Sequence record: NC_019408.1
DNA: 64,000 nucleotides
Reading direction: 5' to 3' (one strand)
Shown piece after piece: positions 1 through 8,961 of the stretch. A program made the position numbers and the translations under genes. The notes below the pieces were generated by a model. It worked only from the letters and a program-made list of their open reading frames with translations. It searched no databases and was not told where the DNA came from. Each line of letters begins with the position of its first letter. Positions within the stretch are counted from its first letter, which is position 1.

Positions 1-2
1 GC

Positions 3-779
3 GCTCTGGGCGAAGTTTTGTGGGACTACTATGACTTGCATTACTTCAAACGGAAGCGCTCCGAGTGGAAGTACCAAAGATTTGCTTTGGTTTATCAACA
101 ACTTGCGGACGCCGCCTCGGACACGTCGATCGCGTCCAAGTTCCAGACCTACCAGCACCTGCCGCACCTGGACCCGAAGGTCCTCAAGGCGCGCATGGAC
201 GCGGGGCATGTTGACGATCGCGGCCGGCCGATCCCGGACCGCAAGGAGCACTTCCGCCGCATCGTGACCTCGGTCGACGCGGCCCAGAAAAAGGGCGCGC
301 GCAACGACTACACGGTCGTCCAGGTGTGGGGCGAGACCCACGATCGCAAGCACTACCTGATCTACCAGGAGCGCAAGAAGGTCGAGATCAACGACCTGAT
401 CGAGATGGTCGAGCGCATCTCCAAGCGCTTCGACGTCGACTCTATCCTGGTCGAGGACAAGGGCAACGGCACCGCCTACATCCAGGCGCGGGGCCAGACC
501 GACAGCCAGCGCCGGCTCGCGCCGGCCCCGATCGAGGCGATCCAGGTCCCCAGCACCTACTCCAAGGAGTTCCGCTTCAACGAGGTCATCCCGATGATCG
601 AGGCGCAAGAGGTCTACCTGCCCGACAAGGCGCCGTGGCTGGACCTGTTCATCCGCGAAGTCGGGCAGTTCCCCGAAGGCGCCCACGATGACCAAGTCGA
701 CGCCATGACGCAGTACCTCCGCTGGGCCAAGTCCAAGCGCTCGCGGTTCGGCGCGCGCAAGGTCGGCTCGATGGGCTGA
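3..779 (+). CDS. terL: Terminase large subunit, C-terminal nuclease domain (5' partial)
   Basis: RNase H-fold terminase motifs SVDAA, LVEDKGNG and HDDQVDA; frame is open from the window start. Confidence 0.92.
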   Translation, partial: ALGEVLWDYYDLHYFKRKRSEWKYQRFALVYQQLADAASDTSIASKFQTYQHLPHLDPKVLKARMDAGHVDDRGRPIPDRKEHFRRIVTSVDAAQKKGARNDYTVVQVWGETHDRKHYLIYQERKKVEINDLIEMVERISKRFDVDSILVEDKGNGTAYIQARGQTDSQRRLAPAPIEAIQVPSTYSKEFRFNEVIPMIEAQEVYLPDKAPWLDLFIREVGQFPEGAHDDQVDAMTQYLRWAKSKRSRFGARKVGSMG

Positions 780-843
780 TTAACCATCTTCGTTCACCCT
801 GTCCGGGCCTGTTAACCTTAACACACCGATGGTTAACAGGCCA

Positions 844-983
844 GGGACCCATCGAAATTAACCCTTGGGGACCCAGGGGAATCGTCAGCCGGGGACCCTG
901 GGAAATTAACCCTTGGGGACCCACCAAAATCAACCTTCGGGGACCCTAGCGAATCGTGGCTCGGGGACCCTGGCAAATCAAGG
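844..983. repeat. Six GGGACCC units at exact 24-bp period
   Basis: GGGACCC starts at 844, 868, 892, 916, 940, 964; spacers carry AAATTAACC, AAATCAACC, AAATCAAGG or GAATCGT. Confidence 0.92.
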
Positions 984-991
984 AGCCGGCG

Positions 992-1225
992 ATGGCCGAA
1001 CTCATGAGCCTGCTGTTCAACATCGCCCCGTTCCTGCTGCTGGCGATCGTCGTCTACCACGTCCTGGAGGCCGTCTGGGCGATCAGCCTGTGGGTCTACG
1101 GCCTGCGCACCCTGTGGAAGCTCCACCGCGACGACGTCAGCGAGGCCCTGACCCTGGAGCGGGCCTTGAGCCCCTTCTCCAGCCCTGGCCGCGACCGCAA
1201 CGGCAATCCCGTCCCGCCGGCCTGA
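992..1225 (+). CDS. Small membrane protein
   Basis: AGGAG RBS at 981; hydrophobic N-terminal half. Confidence 0.7.
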   Translation: MAELMSLLFNIAPFLLLAIVVYHVLEAVWAISLWVYGLRTLWKLHRDDVSEALTLERALSPFSSPGRDRNGNPVPPA

Positions 1226-1233
1226 CGACCTAT

Positions 1234-1257
1234 GTCACGGACTGTAGGTTTCATGAC
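1234..1257. promoter_or_regulatory. GTCAC-N14-ATGAC operator-like palindrome
   Basis: GTCACGGACTGTAGGTTTCATGAC; same geometry as the sites at 32127 and 38047. Confidence 0.5.
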
Positions 1258-1297
1258 AAGGTGGATTATTCCACAACGAAATCAAAGGCTTATCGCC

Positions 1298-1546
1298 ATG
1301 TCGATCCGCACCTTCTTCCACGACCTCGCCGTCCGTTTCGTCGTTTTGGGGTGGATTTTTGCCCAAAAACCCCAGAAATGGGCTCCAAAAGGGCATAATT
1401 TTCAGCCCATCCCGCCGGCCCAGGTCGAGCGGCAGGACCTCCGGGGGCGCGTGCTTCTCCTGAGGAGCTTCGGCGTCCTCGCCGCCGCATGCACAACCAT
1501 GGGCCTGTGTCAATACCTGCTCTGGCGCCGCGCGCCCATGTCATAG
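1298..1546 (+). CDS. Small membrane protein
   Basis: Two hydrophobic segments. Confidence 0.55.
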   Translation: MSIRTFFHDLAVRFVVLGWIFAQKPQKWAPKGHNFQPIPPAQVERQDLRGRVLLLRSFGVLAAACTTMGLCQYLLWRRAPMS

Positions 1547-1593
1547 ACCATCGCTTTCGTGACAGCTTCACGATCCCGTTACCGGACAACCCC

Positions 1594-1692
1594 ATGCCCC
1601 ACCTCGGTTTCTGGCTCTCCGCCGCCTGCATCGCCCTGGCCTGGGCGATCTGGGCGCTACGGCGGCTGATCGCCCCACCACCGCCCGCCTGA
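1594..1692 (+). CDS. Short hydrophobic peptide
   Basis: MPHLGFWLSAACIALAWAIWALRRL: one transmembrane helix. Confidence 0.4.
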   Translation: MPHLGFWLSAACIALAWAIWALRRLIAPPPPA

Positions 1693-1737
1693 CCCCGGCC
1701 GCGCGCGCCCGCGCCGCCGGTATCGCCCGGCCAAAGC

Positions 1738-1955
1738 GTCATATATGAGCCCTTAACCCCTCTAAGGTCGCATATATGAGACCTTACGGCCCTCTTGACG
1801 CCCTCGTGTTCCTCTGAACGCGGGGGCGTTTTGACGTCGGCGCATTTCCAACTCAACGCGCGGCCGTTTTGACGTCCGAGCGTTTTGACGCGAGCGCATT
1901 TTCGATTCGACGGGCGAGCGTTTTGACGTCCGACCGTTTTTCAACTTGACGTCGT
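1738..1955. repeat. CATATATGAG x2 and CGTTTTGACG x4 repeat cluster
   Basis: Direct repeats read from the sequence in a stretch with no convincing ORF. Confidence 0.75.
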
Positions 1956-1974
1956 TTCATTTACCAAGAGCGCC

Positions 1975-2165
1975 TTAAGGTTAACCGCCGAGCCTGGGAA
2001 GGGTTAAGGCCCGTTAACCATGTTTGTTAACCCTCAGGCCGTTAACCTATCACTCGTTAAGGTTAACGCGCCCGCCTCATTAACCCTTAGCGTGTTAAGG
2101 TTAACGCCCCGGCCCAGGCCGTTAAGGTTAACAAACATGGTTAACGGGCCAGACCGGCGTTAACC
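1975..2165. repeat. TTAA/GTTAAC-dense array with a perfect 25-bp inverted repeat
   Basis: 15 TTAA in about 190 bp; GGCCCGTTAACCATGTTTGTTAACC (2008-2032) is the reverse complement of 2126-2150. Confidence 0.88.
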
Positions 2166-2607
2166 CTAACGGCCGGCGCCCAGCCGCGCCCAGGCGCTCG
2201 CCGGCGAGCCCAGGCCCTACCGGGTATGACCTGCCGGCCATACCCGCCAGAGTGCGCCTCACGCGTCCGCGTCGGGCGACGCCGCCGCCCCGTAGTCGTG
2301 ATCATTCCAGAGTATGCCCAGAATTTCGTCAGGCCCGAACGACGGGAGAAGGGTTTGCAGGGCGTCGTATGTCTCGCGGAAGGCGCTCGCGTCGTCGTCC
2401 TGCATCCAGACCGACTCCTTGCCGGTCTTGTCGCGGAACGTGTACGCCGCGCCGTTCCCGTAGCTGTCGAGGGCGAAGCGTTCGCCCTCCGATATCCGAA
2501 GCGGTCCTGAGTACATGGGGCGTTCTCCAAGGGCGCGGGATGCGCCCGACCCGTGCAATCTGACAGCCAATTCTTAACAAAAGGTTACCGTGAGATTTTT
2601 CTTGCCG

Positions 2608-2640
2608 TTTACTTTTTGTTAAGAATTGGGGTCTAGTGTC
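2608..2640 (+). promoter_or_regulatory. CtrA-box early promoter (TTTA-N7-TTAA)
   Basis: Near-consensus CtrA site followed by a CTAG -10-like element. Confidence 0.7.
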
Positions 2641-2689
2641 CCTCTTGTCGGGGCCACCCCCGGCGCTCTTTGACATTGTGAGGCAACCC

Positions 2690-2878
2690 ATGATTCCCCA
2701 AGAAATCCTGAATCCGCGCGAGCACTGGACTCCCGTCGCCTCGCGCGAGGAAGCCGACAAGATCGCCGCGCGCTGCACCGAAGGCGACCCCGTCGGCCGC
2801 TACTATGTCGAGTCCAAGGGCGCCGGCTACGCTGTCGCCTATGACGACGAGACGGGCCAATTCGTCGCCTACCTCTAA
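2690..2878 (+). CDS. Hypothetical LTR protein
   Basis: Directly downstream of a repeated promoter; GC3-rich codon usage. Confidence 0.7.
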   Translation: MIPQEILNPREHWTPVASREEADKIAARCTEGDPVGRYYVESKGAGYAVAYDDETGQFVAYL

Positions 2879-2933
2879 CCCCGCGCCCCGGCCTCGCGCC
2901 GGGGCGCTCCGCCCCTCTTTCGGAGCCTTCCCC

Positions 2934-3326
2934 ATGCCCAGAAATTCCGGCCTCTTGCGCCTTATGGCCACCCATGCCGCCCCCGTCATCAAGGCTTATC
3001 ACGACGATTTCGCCGTGCATGACGCCAAGGTCATTGACGGACTGGAGGCGGGCGACGTGATCTTGTGGGCGCCCGACCCGTGCGGCTCGACTCTCATCGT
3101 CATGGCCCGCGCCGGGCGCCCTAATCACCGCGCCGCCGAACACTTCGAAGCCGCCCAGAGCGCCCGCAAGCCGCCCGCGTGGTTCGTCGCTTCGGTCTAT
3201 GACAACGGGGAGGCGGGCGGCTGGAATTTCGCCCCCGCCCCGGACGCGCCGGCCATTGTCGCGCGCTTCGCCGAACAAGCCGCCCGCGACCCCGCGCCCG
3301 ACCCGGTGCGCGAGCTACACCTTTAA
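2934..3326 (+). CDS. Hypothetical LTR protein
   Basis: GGAG RBS; phage-like codon usage. Confidence 0.7.
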   Translation: MPRNSGLLRLMATHAAPVIKAYHDDFAVHDAKVIDGLEAGDVILWAPDPCGSTLIVMARAGRPNHRAAEHFEAAQSARKPPAWFVASVYDNGEAGGWNFAPAPDAPAIVARFAEQAARDPAPDPVRELHL

Positions 3327-3352
3327 CCTTTTGTTAAGACATGGCCTCTATA
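3323..3352 (+). promoter_or_regulatory. CtrA-box early promoter
   Basis: Perfect TTAA-CCTTTTG-TTAA followed by CTCTATA. Confidence 0.8.
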
Positions 3353-3387
3353 CCGGGGCCATGTCCAACCCCTGGAGGCCCTGCCCC

Positions 3388-3927
3388 ATGTCCGCTATCG
3401 AAACCGCCAACCTCTCGCGCGGCCGTGTTCTCACGGTCGAAATCGACGACTGCGCCCAAGAGCCCTACGCGGGCGACAAGGGCGTGCGAATCGTCGTCCT
3501 GCATCGCCATTGGACGAACCCCGCCGCCGGCCTGCTGGACTCGGTCGCGGACGTTCAAGCCTTCGAGGCGGAGAACGCCGCGCCCGACTCCGAATGGGCG
3601 ATCTTTGAGCTATGGGTGATGGACCATAGCGGCCGGACCTTCAAGGCCGGCGCGCTGGGCGCCGGAAACCCGTTCGGCGCCGGACCCTACGCCCAATGGG
3701 ATAGCGGCCGGGTCGGAGTCATCGCCCTGGCGCGCGCCGAGTGGCCCGCCGCCGACCTCAAGACCGCCCAAGGCGTCGCCGACACCTACGGCGCATGGGC
3801 CGAAGGCGAGGTTTACCAATTCGTCATTTCGAACCGCCGGGGCGACGTGCTCGACTCGTGCGGCGGGTTCTACAGCGTCGCCGAAGCCCTGGCCGCCGGC
3901 CGCGACGCCGCCAAGGTGAAAGCGTGA
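3388..3927 (+). CDS. Hypothetical LTR protein
   Basis: GGAGG RBS; 179 aa. Confidence 0.75.
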   Translation: MSAIETANLSRGRVLTVEIDDCAQEPYAGDKGVRIVVLHRHWTNPAAGLLDSVADVQAFEAENAAPDSEWAIFELWVMDHSGRTFKAGALGAGNPFGAGPYAQWDSGRVGVIALARAEWPAADLKTAQGVADTYGAWAEGEVYQFVISNRRGDVLDSCGGFYSVAEALAAGRDAAKVKA

Positions 3928-4118
3928 GAGTCGCCCGCGAAAGCTTCGCCGTGTTCTGGACCCGCCCCGGCTGGCGCGTCCAGTTTCACGCCGACATGAA
4001 ACGGGCGCTGTACCCGACCGCCAAGGCCGCCGCCGACGCCTTCGCCGCCATGTTCCCGGCTGATCAGGTCAAGAGCGTGCGCGACGGCTCCGGCCGCTTC
4101 CTGGCCTTCAAGCGCTAG
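3924..4118 (+). CDS. Hypothetical LTR protein
   Basis: GTGA start/stop overlap with the upstream gene. Confidence 0.6.
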   Translation: MRVARESFAVFWTRPGWRVQFHADMKRALYPTAKAAADAFAAMFPADQVKSVRDGSGRFLAFKR

Positions 4119-4124
4119 ACCAGA

Positions 4125-4152
4125 CGCCCCGGAAAACTTTTCCGGGGCGTTT
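4125..4152 (+). terminator. Intrinsic terminator-like hairpin
   Basis: ACGCCCCGGAAA/TTTCCGGGGCGT stem followed by T residues. Confidence 0.6.
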
Positions 4153-4180
4153 ACTTTTTGTTAAGGAATGGCGTCTAGTG
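4150..4180 (+). promoter_or_regulatory. CtrA-box early promoter (TTTA-N7-TTAA)
   Basis: Near-identical to the 2608 promoter, including GTCTAGTGTCCCTCTTG. Confidence 0.75.
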
Positions 4181-4226
4181 TCCCTCTTGCCGCCGGGCAA
4201 TCCCGCCCGGCCTTGGAGTTCTTCCC

Positions 4227-4745
4227 ATGCCGGAATTTGTCCTAGATACGTCGGGCCAAGTCGCCCCGCCCGCCGCCGCCAAGCTTTGGCCGCACCCCCT
4301 GGCCTGGAATCAGTTGAGCGATTTTGCTCAAGGCTACATCGAGGCCCTGTTTTTCACCGAGTCGTCGCCGGCCTATGACCGCGCCGAATGGTTCGGCGCC
4401 GAGTGTCAAGAGGCCCTGACCGAAGGCACGGCGGACGGCAACATTCCGGGCGATGTCGGGTTTTCCGACCTCGCGCCCGACACCCTCAACCGCATCTTGA
4501 ACGACTGCGCCAACTTCAAGCGCGAGCACGCCGACACCCTGGCCAAGGCCTATGACCACGGCGGCGCGGCGGGCGACTATGACGAAACCCAAGCCGGCCG
4601 CGATTACTGGTACACCCGCAACGGCCATGGCGTCGGGTTTTGGGATCGCGGACTCGGCGAGATCGGCGAGGCCCTGAGCAAGGCCGCCCGCTACAGCGAG
4701 CAAAACGCCTCTTTCGAAGAGGACGGAAAAGTCTACCTGTTTTAA
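4227..4745 (+). CDS. Hypothetical LTR protein
   Basis: 172 aa; GRDYWYTRNGHGVGFWDRG motif typical of a phage hypothetical family. Confidence 0.8.
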   Translation: MPEFVLDTSGQVAPPAAAKLWPHPLAWNQLSDFAQGYIEALFFTESSPAYDRAEWFGAECQEALTEGTADGNIPGDVGFSDLAPDTLNRILNDCANFKREHADTLAKAYDHGGAAGDYDETQAGRDYWYTRNGHGVGFWDRGLGEIGEALSKAARYSEQNASFEEDGKVYLF

Positions 4746-4771
4746 CCTTTTGTTAAGACTTGGCCTCTAGG
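4742..4771 (+). promoter_or_regulatory. CtrA-box early promoter
   Basis: Perfect TTAA-N7-TTAA followed by CTCTAG. Confidence 0.8.
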
Positions 4772-4837
4772 GTCGAGTTGTCCCGGCGCCGGGGCTGGAA
4801 ACCCCGGCGCGTCCATTCCGTGAAAGGAATCCATACC

Positions 4838-5584
4838 GTGTCTTTTGGTCAATTCTCCGCCGACGCCCGCGCCCCGCTGTCGAAAGCCGCCATGCTGGAC
4901 GCCCTGCCCGCCGCCCGCCGCGACACTCTGGTCAAGGCCAGCAAGCCGGCGCGAAACACCCTCGATTACACGACGTCGGACGGCGTGCGCCGCGTGCGCC
5001 TGCATGACACCGACGTTCTGACCTTCCATGTCAACGGCGCCGTCGAGATCAACACGGGCGGCTGGAATACCCTGACCACGCGCGACCGCATCAACGCCTT
5101 CGCCCCGCCTCACGTGCGCGTCTACAGCGACAAGGGCCGCGCCATGGTCCGCGCCATGCCGGCCGGTAGCGAGGCCGTCACGTGGTCCAGCCCCGCCGCG
5201 TCCAAGCCGTTCGCCAAGCGCGCCACCGTCCACCCGGACGGCCGAATCGAAGTGGACGCCACCGTCAAGGAACTGGAGGCGATTCCTGCCCTCATCCGCC
5301 GCTATCTGGAGGCCTTCAAGGCCGGATTCCCGTTCAACTCGTCGGGCGACCCCTGGATGACGCCCGGCGCCCTCGTCGCCCCTGAAACGGCCCTGGATTG
5401 GCTGGGCGCCGACAGCGGCAAGCCGTACCTGTTCGACTCGATCCTGTTTCACGCCCATGTTGCGGCCGGCCTGACCGAAGAGGGCGCGGCCTATTACATG
5501 CGCGACGCCGCCCGGCGCGGGATCGACAAATTCAACCTTGGCCGCATCCGGCGCTATCTCAAGCGTTGCCTTCGCGAAGCCTAG
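4838..5584 (+). CDS. Hypothetical LTR protein
   Basis: AAGGAA RBS, GTG start; INTGGWNTLTTRDRINAF motif. Confidence 0.75.
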   Translation: MSFGQFSADARAPLSKAAMLDALPAARRDTLVKASKPARNTLDYTTSDGVRRVRLHDTDVLTFHVNGAVEINTGGWNTLTTRDRINAFAPPHVRVYSDKGRAMVRAMPAGSEAVTWSSPAASKPFAKRATVHPDGRIEVDATVKELEAIPALIRRYLEAFKAGFPFNSSGDPWMTPGALVAPETALDWLGADSGKPYLFDSILFHAHVAAGLTEEGAAYYMRDAARRGIDKFNLGRIRRYLKRCLREA

Positions 5585-5593
5585 GACCCTCCG

Positions 5594-5625
5594 GCCGCGC
5601 CTCCCCTGGCGCGGCCTTTCTTTTT
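5594..5625 (+). terminator. Intrinsic terminator
   Basis: GGCCGCGC/GCGCGGCC stem followed by TTTCTTTTT. Confidence 0.75.
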
Positions 5626-5636
5626 CCGTGTACGCG

Positions 5637-5667
5637 TTAACCTGTTGTTAAGACTTTATCCGCTAGT
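5637..5667 (+). promoter_or_regulatory. CtrA-box early promoter
   Basis: Perfect TTAA-CCTGTTG-TTAA followed by GCTAGT. Confidence 0.8.
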
Positions 5668-5714
5668 GTCCCTTTGCCGGCGCACTTCCGCGCCCTCACC
5701 TGGAGATTTTCCCC

Positions 5715-6335
5715 ATGGCCCGCCTGATCAAAGCCAAGACCGCCGCCGAACAAGCCGAAGCCCTCGCCAGCCTGCGCAAGATGATCAAGCCGGGCGACAC
5801 GGTTTATCCCGTGCTCCGCCACGTCTCGACCTCCGGCATGTTGCGGGTCATTGACCTGATTATCCCGGTCACCGTCACCCAAACCGACACCTTGCCGGCC
5901 GATGCGCGCGGCTTCAAGATCGGCGTTCAAGCCTATGCGACCCCGCCGGAGCGCAACGCCCCCCGCGCCTTCTCGACCGGAACCGTAACGGGTTTCGACG
6001 CCGACACCGTGACCATTGCCTATCAGGCCACCGCCGACGGCCGGGGCGACGCGGAGTCGGTGACGTGGCCCCGTGGTCAGGTCAAGTTCTACCGCAAGAG
6101 CACGCGCCCCGGCGTCCGCTCGATCGGCTGGCTTGCCGCGAAGGCCATGGGCGACACCTTCGACGCCGACCGCCAAGGAATCAAGGTCGGCGGGTGCGGT
6201 ATGGATATGGGCTTTCACCTCGTTTACAGCCTGGGCCGCACCCTGTGGCCGAACGGGACGAAAAAGCCCCATGGCTCGCGCAATGGCGAGCCGGACCGTG
6301 ACGGCGGTTATGCGCTGAAACATTCCTGGCTTTAA
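5715..6335 (+). CDS. Hypothetical LTR protein
   Basis: GGAG RBS; RHVSTSGMLRVI and GCGMDMGFHLVY motifs typical of a phage hypothetical family. Confidence 0.8.
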   Translation: MARLIKAKTAAEQAEALASLRKMIKPGDTVYPVLRHVSTSGMLRVIDLIIPVTVTQTDTLPADARGFKIGVQAYATPPERNAPRAFSTGTVTGFDADTVTIAYQATADGRGDAESVTWPRGQVKFYRKSTRPGVRSIGWLAAKAMGDTFDADRQGIKVGGCGMDMGFHLVYSLGRTLWPNGTKKPHGSRNGEPDRDGGYALKHSWL

Positions 6336-6362
6336 CTTTTTGTTAAGAGTTTAGCCGCTAAT
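6332..6362 (+). promoter_or_regulatory. CtrA-box early promoter
   Basis: Perfect TTAA-N7-TTAA followed by GCTAAT. Confidence 0.8.
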
Positions 6363-6412
6363 GTCTCCTTGCGGCCGGGCAATCCCGCCCGGCCGCACTC
6401 GGAACCAAGCCC

Positions 6413-6685
6413 ATGACCCGCGCTCAAGCCCTCGCTGAAATGAACGCCCTCCCCGGTATCATCGCCTCTTTCGAGCGCGAGACGGGCGAATATCGCGTCA
6501 CCCTGCGCTTTGGCCCCCTGCCGGGCGGCCGGGGCGCTCAAGAGTGGATGCACAAGCGCCGCGAAGCCGTCGCCAGCTACAGCGACGACAAGGCCGACGC
6601 CCTGGCCACCGCCCGCGACATGTCGGCCCGCTGGGAAGCCATGACGCCCGCGCAACGTGATCACCTGTACCGCCACCCCGCGTAA
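6413..6685 (+). CDS. Hypothetical LTR protein
   Basis: ORF directly downstream of a promoter. Confidence 0.7.
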   Translation: MTRAQALAEMNALPGIIASFERETGEYRVTLRFGPLPGGRGAQEWMHKRREAVASYSDDKADALATARDMSARWEAMTPAQRDHLYRHPA

Positions 6686-6712
6686 CCCTTCGTTAAGACC
6701 TCGCCGCCTAGA
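6682..6712 (+). promoter_or_regulatory. CtrA-box early promoter (GTAA-N7-TTAA)
   Basis: Same architecture; CCTAGA -10-like element. Confidence 0.7.
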
Positions 6713-6749
6713 GTGGCGGGGTCATCAACCCCCGCAAGGATCGCCCGAC

Positions 6750-7028
6750 ATGCGCAAGCCCCTCACCCAAGAGCAAAAGGCCCGCCGCCGCGCCCAACGC
6801 CGCGCCGCCCGCCTCAACTGGAGCGACGAACGCCGCGCGGCCGAATACGCCCGCCAATCGCGCTTTTTCCTGATGATCGCCGAACGCGCCCAAGCGGCGG
6901 GCGACGCCAAGGAAGCCGCCCGCCTCGCCACCGTCGCCCAACGCAAGGTCACTAACTGGCGCATGGCGCAAGCCTGCGCTCGCATCAACGCCCTTTCCGT
7001 CCACGCCTGGGCCGCTGTCGCGGCCTAA
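6750..7028 (+). CDS. Basic Arg/Ala-rich LTR protein
   Basis: AAGGA RBS. Confidence 0.7.
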   Translation: MRKPLTQEQKARRRAQRRAARLNWSDERRAAEYARQSRFFLMIAERAQAAGDAKEAARLATVAQRKVTNWRMAQACARINALSVHAWAAVAA

Positions 7029-7061
7029 GCCGCCGCGCCCGAACCGAAGGAACCCCGCCCC

Positions 7062-7385
7062 ATGCCCCCGATGACTCACCCTCACGCCCTGGCCTTGATC
7101 GCGCTCGCGGAAAAGGTCCTGCCCCTGACCCGGCTGGACCCGCTGAATCAGCGCGCCGCCGCTGTCGACCTGATCGGCGATCTTTACAGCCTCGCCGACT
7201 CCATCGACGCCACCGCCGGCCATCTGGTCGCCGCTGTCAACGGCGCCTTGCGTGACGGCTGCGAGGGCTACGCGCCCAAGAGCCGCGCCGCCGCCGCTGT
7301 CGCCACCGTCCGCGCCGACGAACTGCGCTCCGCCCTGGAAGCGTACACCGAAGCCGCCGCCCTGGCCCTGCCGAAGGTCGCCTAA
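7062..7385 (+). CDS. Hypothetical LTR protein
   Basis: AAGGA RBS; codon usage. Confidence 0.7.
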   Translation: MPPMTHPHALALIALAEKVLPLTRLDPLNQRAAAVDLIGDLYSLADSIDATAGHLVAAVNGALRDGCEGYAPKSRAAAAVATVRADELRSALEAYTEAAALALPKVA

Positions 7386-7386
7386 C

Positions 7387-7959
7387 ATGACCGTCACCCG
7401 CTACCGCCTCCCCGACATGACCGCTTACGGTAAGGGGCTTTCCGAAACGCTTTATGCGGCGTTCGAAGCCCTGAAAAATCCGCAAGCGCCCTACAAGCCG
7501 GGCGAACGCGCCCGCCTCATCGAGTCGCTGATCACCTACAGCGCCGGCGCCCATACGCCCAAGGCCCCCGACTCGGTCCTCGCAACCCTGCTTTGGGTTG
7601 TCGAAATGGCGCAAGAGCGCGCCACCGACTCCGACTTCAACACGGCGCGCGAGGCGCTGGACGAACACGCCGCCTTAGGGTTCGTCACCGATTGGCTAGA
7701 AGCGCACGGCTTGGACGTGGCCCGCATCCGGGGCGCGGAACTCAGCGCCGAAGCCCGCGCCTCTCTGGTTGAGGAAGCCGACGCCGAACAAGCCAAGCTG
7801 GACGCCCTGGAAGCCGCCCAGACGGGCGAAACGCCCGCCGACGTGATCACCGAAGCCCTCGCCCCGTTCCTGGGCTCCACGGTCGCGGAAAACCACTCTG
7901 ACGACGTGCTGGCGGCGCTGGACGCGGCCGGCTTCACCATCACCCGAAAGGACGCCTGA
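7387..7959 (+). CDS. Hypothetical LTR protein
   Basis: Tightly coupled to its neighbours. Confidence 0.7.
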   Translation: MTVTRYRLPDMTAYGKGLSETLYAAFEALKNPQAPYKPGERARLIESLITYSAGAHTPKAPDSVLATLLWVVEMAQERATDSDFNTAREALDEHAALGFVTDWLEAHGLDVARIRGAELSAEARASLVEEADAEQAKLDALEAAQTGETPADVITEALAPFLGSTVAENHSDDVLAALDAAGFTITRKDA

Positions 7960-7961
7960 GC

Positions 7962-8681
7962 ATGACCGCCCCCGCCCTGACCCGCGCCGCCGCCCTGGAA
8001 GCCCTGGAAATCGCCCGCGCCAACCTCGCCGCCGGCCCCGCCCTGGCCAAGGCCGCCGACGGCGTGACGGATGTGTGTCACTTCGCCCTGACCCGCGCCG
8101 CCATGCTCAAGGCCGCCGACATGATCGCCGCCGCCGCCCCGGCGCTGGACCTGGGCGCCGTCTCGACGGCCGATCTAATCGCCGAACTCTACCGCCGCCC
8201 CGTCGCGCTTTGCGTGTTCGAAGCCGCCGACGTGCTCACCGAAGCGCCCGGCGCTTTCGACGACGCCGACGACGCGGGCCAATGGCTGGCGAGCAAGTCC
8301 AGCTATATCGGCGACGCGATGAGCGGCGCCGGCTGGGACTCGGTGCGCTATCACCTGACCGCCGACGGCCGGGCGACCGATGACGACGAGGAAGGCGAGG
8401 AAGCCGACGACGAGGGCGACGCCCTCCCCGTCGCCGTGACCTTGGAGCAAGGCGACGCCGTCCCCGTGGTCGGGCGCTTCGCCACCGTGTCGGAGGCTGA
8501 AACCTTCCTGGCGTCGCCGATCCGTGATCAAGCCGCCCTCACCGCCGGGCGCTACGGTATCGACGCGCCGCACGGCGTGGCCAGCGACGACGACGCCGTG
8601 ACCCTGGCGCGCCGCCTGGGCTGGGCTGGCGTGGCGAACGCGGCCGAAGCCTTGCGCTTCCTGGCCAAAATCGAGCCTTAA
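7962..8681 (+). CDS. Hypothetical LTR protein with an acidic linker
   Basis: 239 aa; AAGGA RBS. Confidence 0.75.
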   Translation: MTAPALTRAAALEALEIARANLAAGPALAKAADGVTDVCHFALTRAAMLKAADMIAAAAPALDLGAVSTADLIAELYRRPVALCVFEAADVLTEAPGAFDDADDAGQWLASKSSYIGDAMSGAGWDSVRYHLTADGRATDDDEEGEEADDEGDALPVAVTLEQGDAVPVVGRFATVSEAETFLASPIRDQAALTAGRYGIDAPHGVASDDDAVTLARRLGWAGVANAAEALRFLAKIEP

Positions 8682-8691
8682 GCCCGGCTAA

Positions 8692-8715
8692 GTCATCAAA
8701 CCTATCGTCTATGAC
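8692..8715. promoter_or_regulatory. GTCAT-N14-ATGAC operator-like palindrome
   Basis: Same geometry; more TCACG/CGTGAC half-sites lie at 8718-8782. Confidence 0.45.
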
Positions 8716-8872
8716 ATGTCACGGGCTGAATACTTGGCTCGTGACGACTTCCCCTAGTAAAGCTCACGCCTGTTTTCGTGACATAGCGCAAGGAATTGAA
8801 ATCGTTGGAAAAACTCCTAGAGGGTCACAAAGTTCTGGTTTGGCTGCTGCTTCTGGCTTGCCTCTGGCGCTT

Positions 8873-8903
8873 TTAACCCTTTGTTAAGACTTTACCCGCT
8901 AGG
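8873..8903 (+). promoter_or_regulatory. CtrA-box early promoter
   Basis: Perfect TTAA-CCCTTTG-TTAA followed by GCTAGG. Confidence 0.8.
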
Positions 8904-8961
8904 GTGACTTTGCGGCCGGGCAATCCCGCCCCGCCGCCCTTCCTTCTCTGGAGCCGCTACC

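Noticed and set aside
844-983. 24-bp periodic array as a CRISPR array
   Set aside because: The period is too short, the spacers are themselves repetitive, and no cas genes are present.
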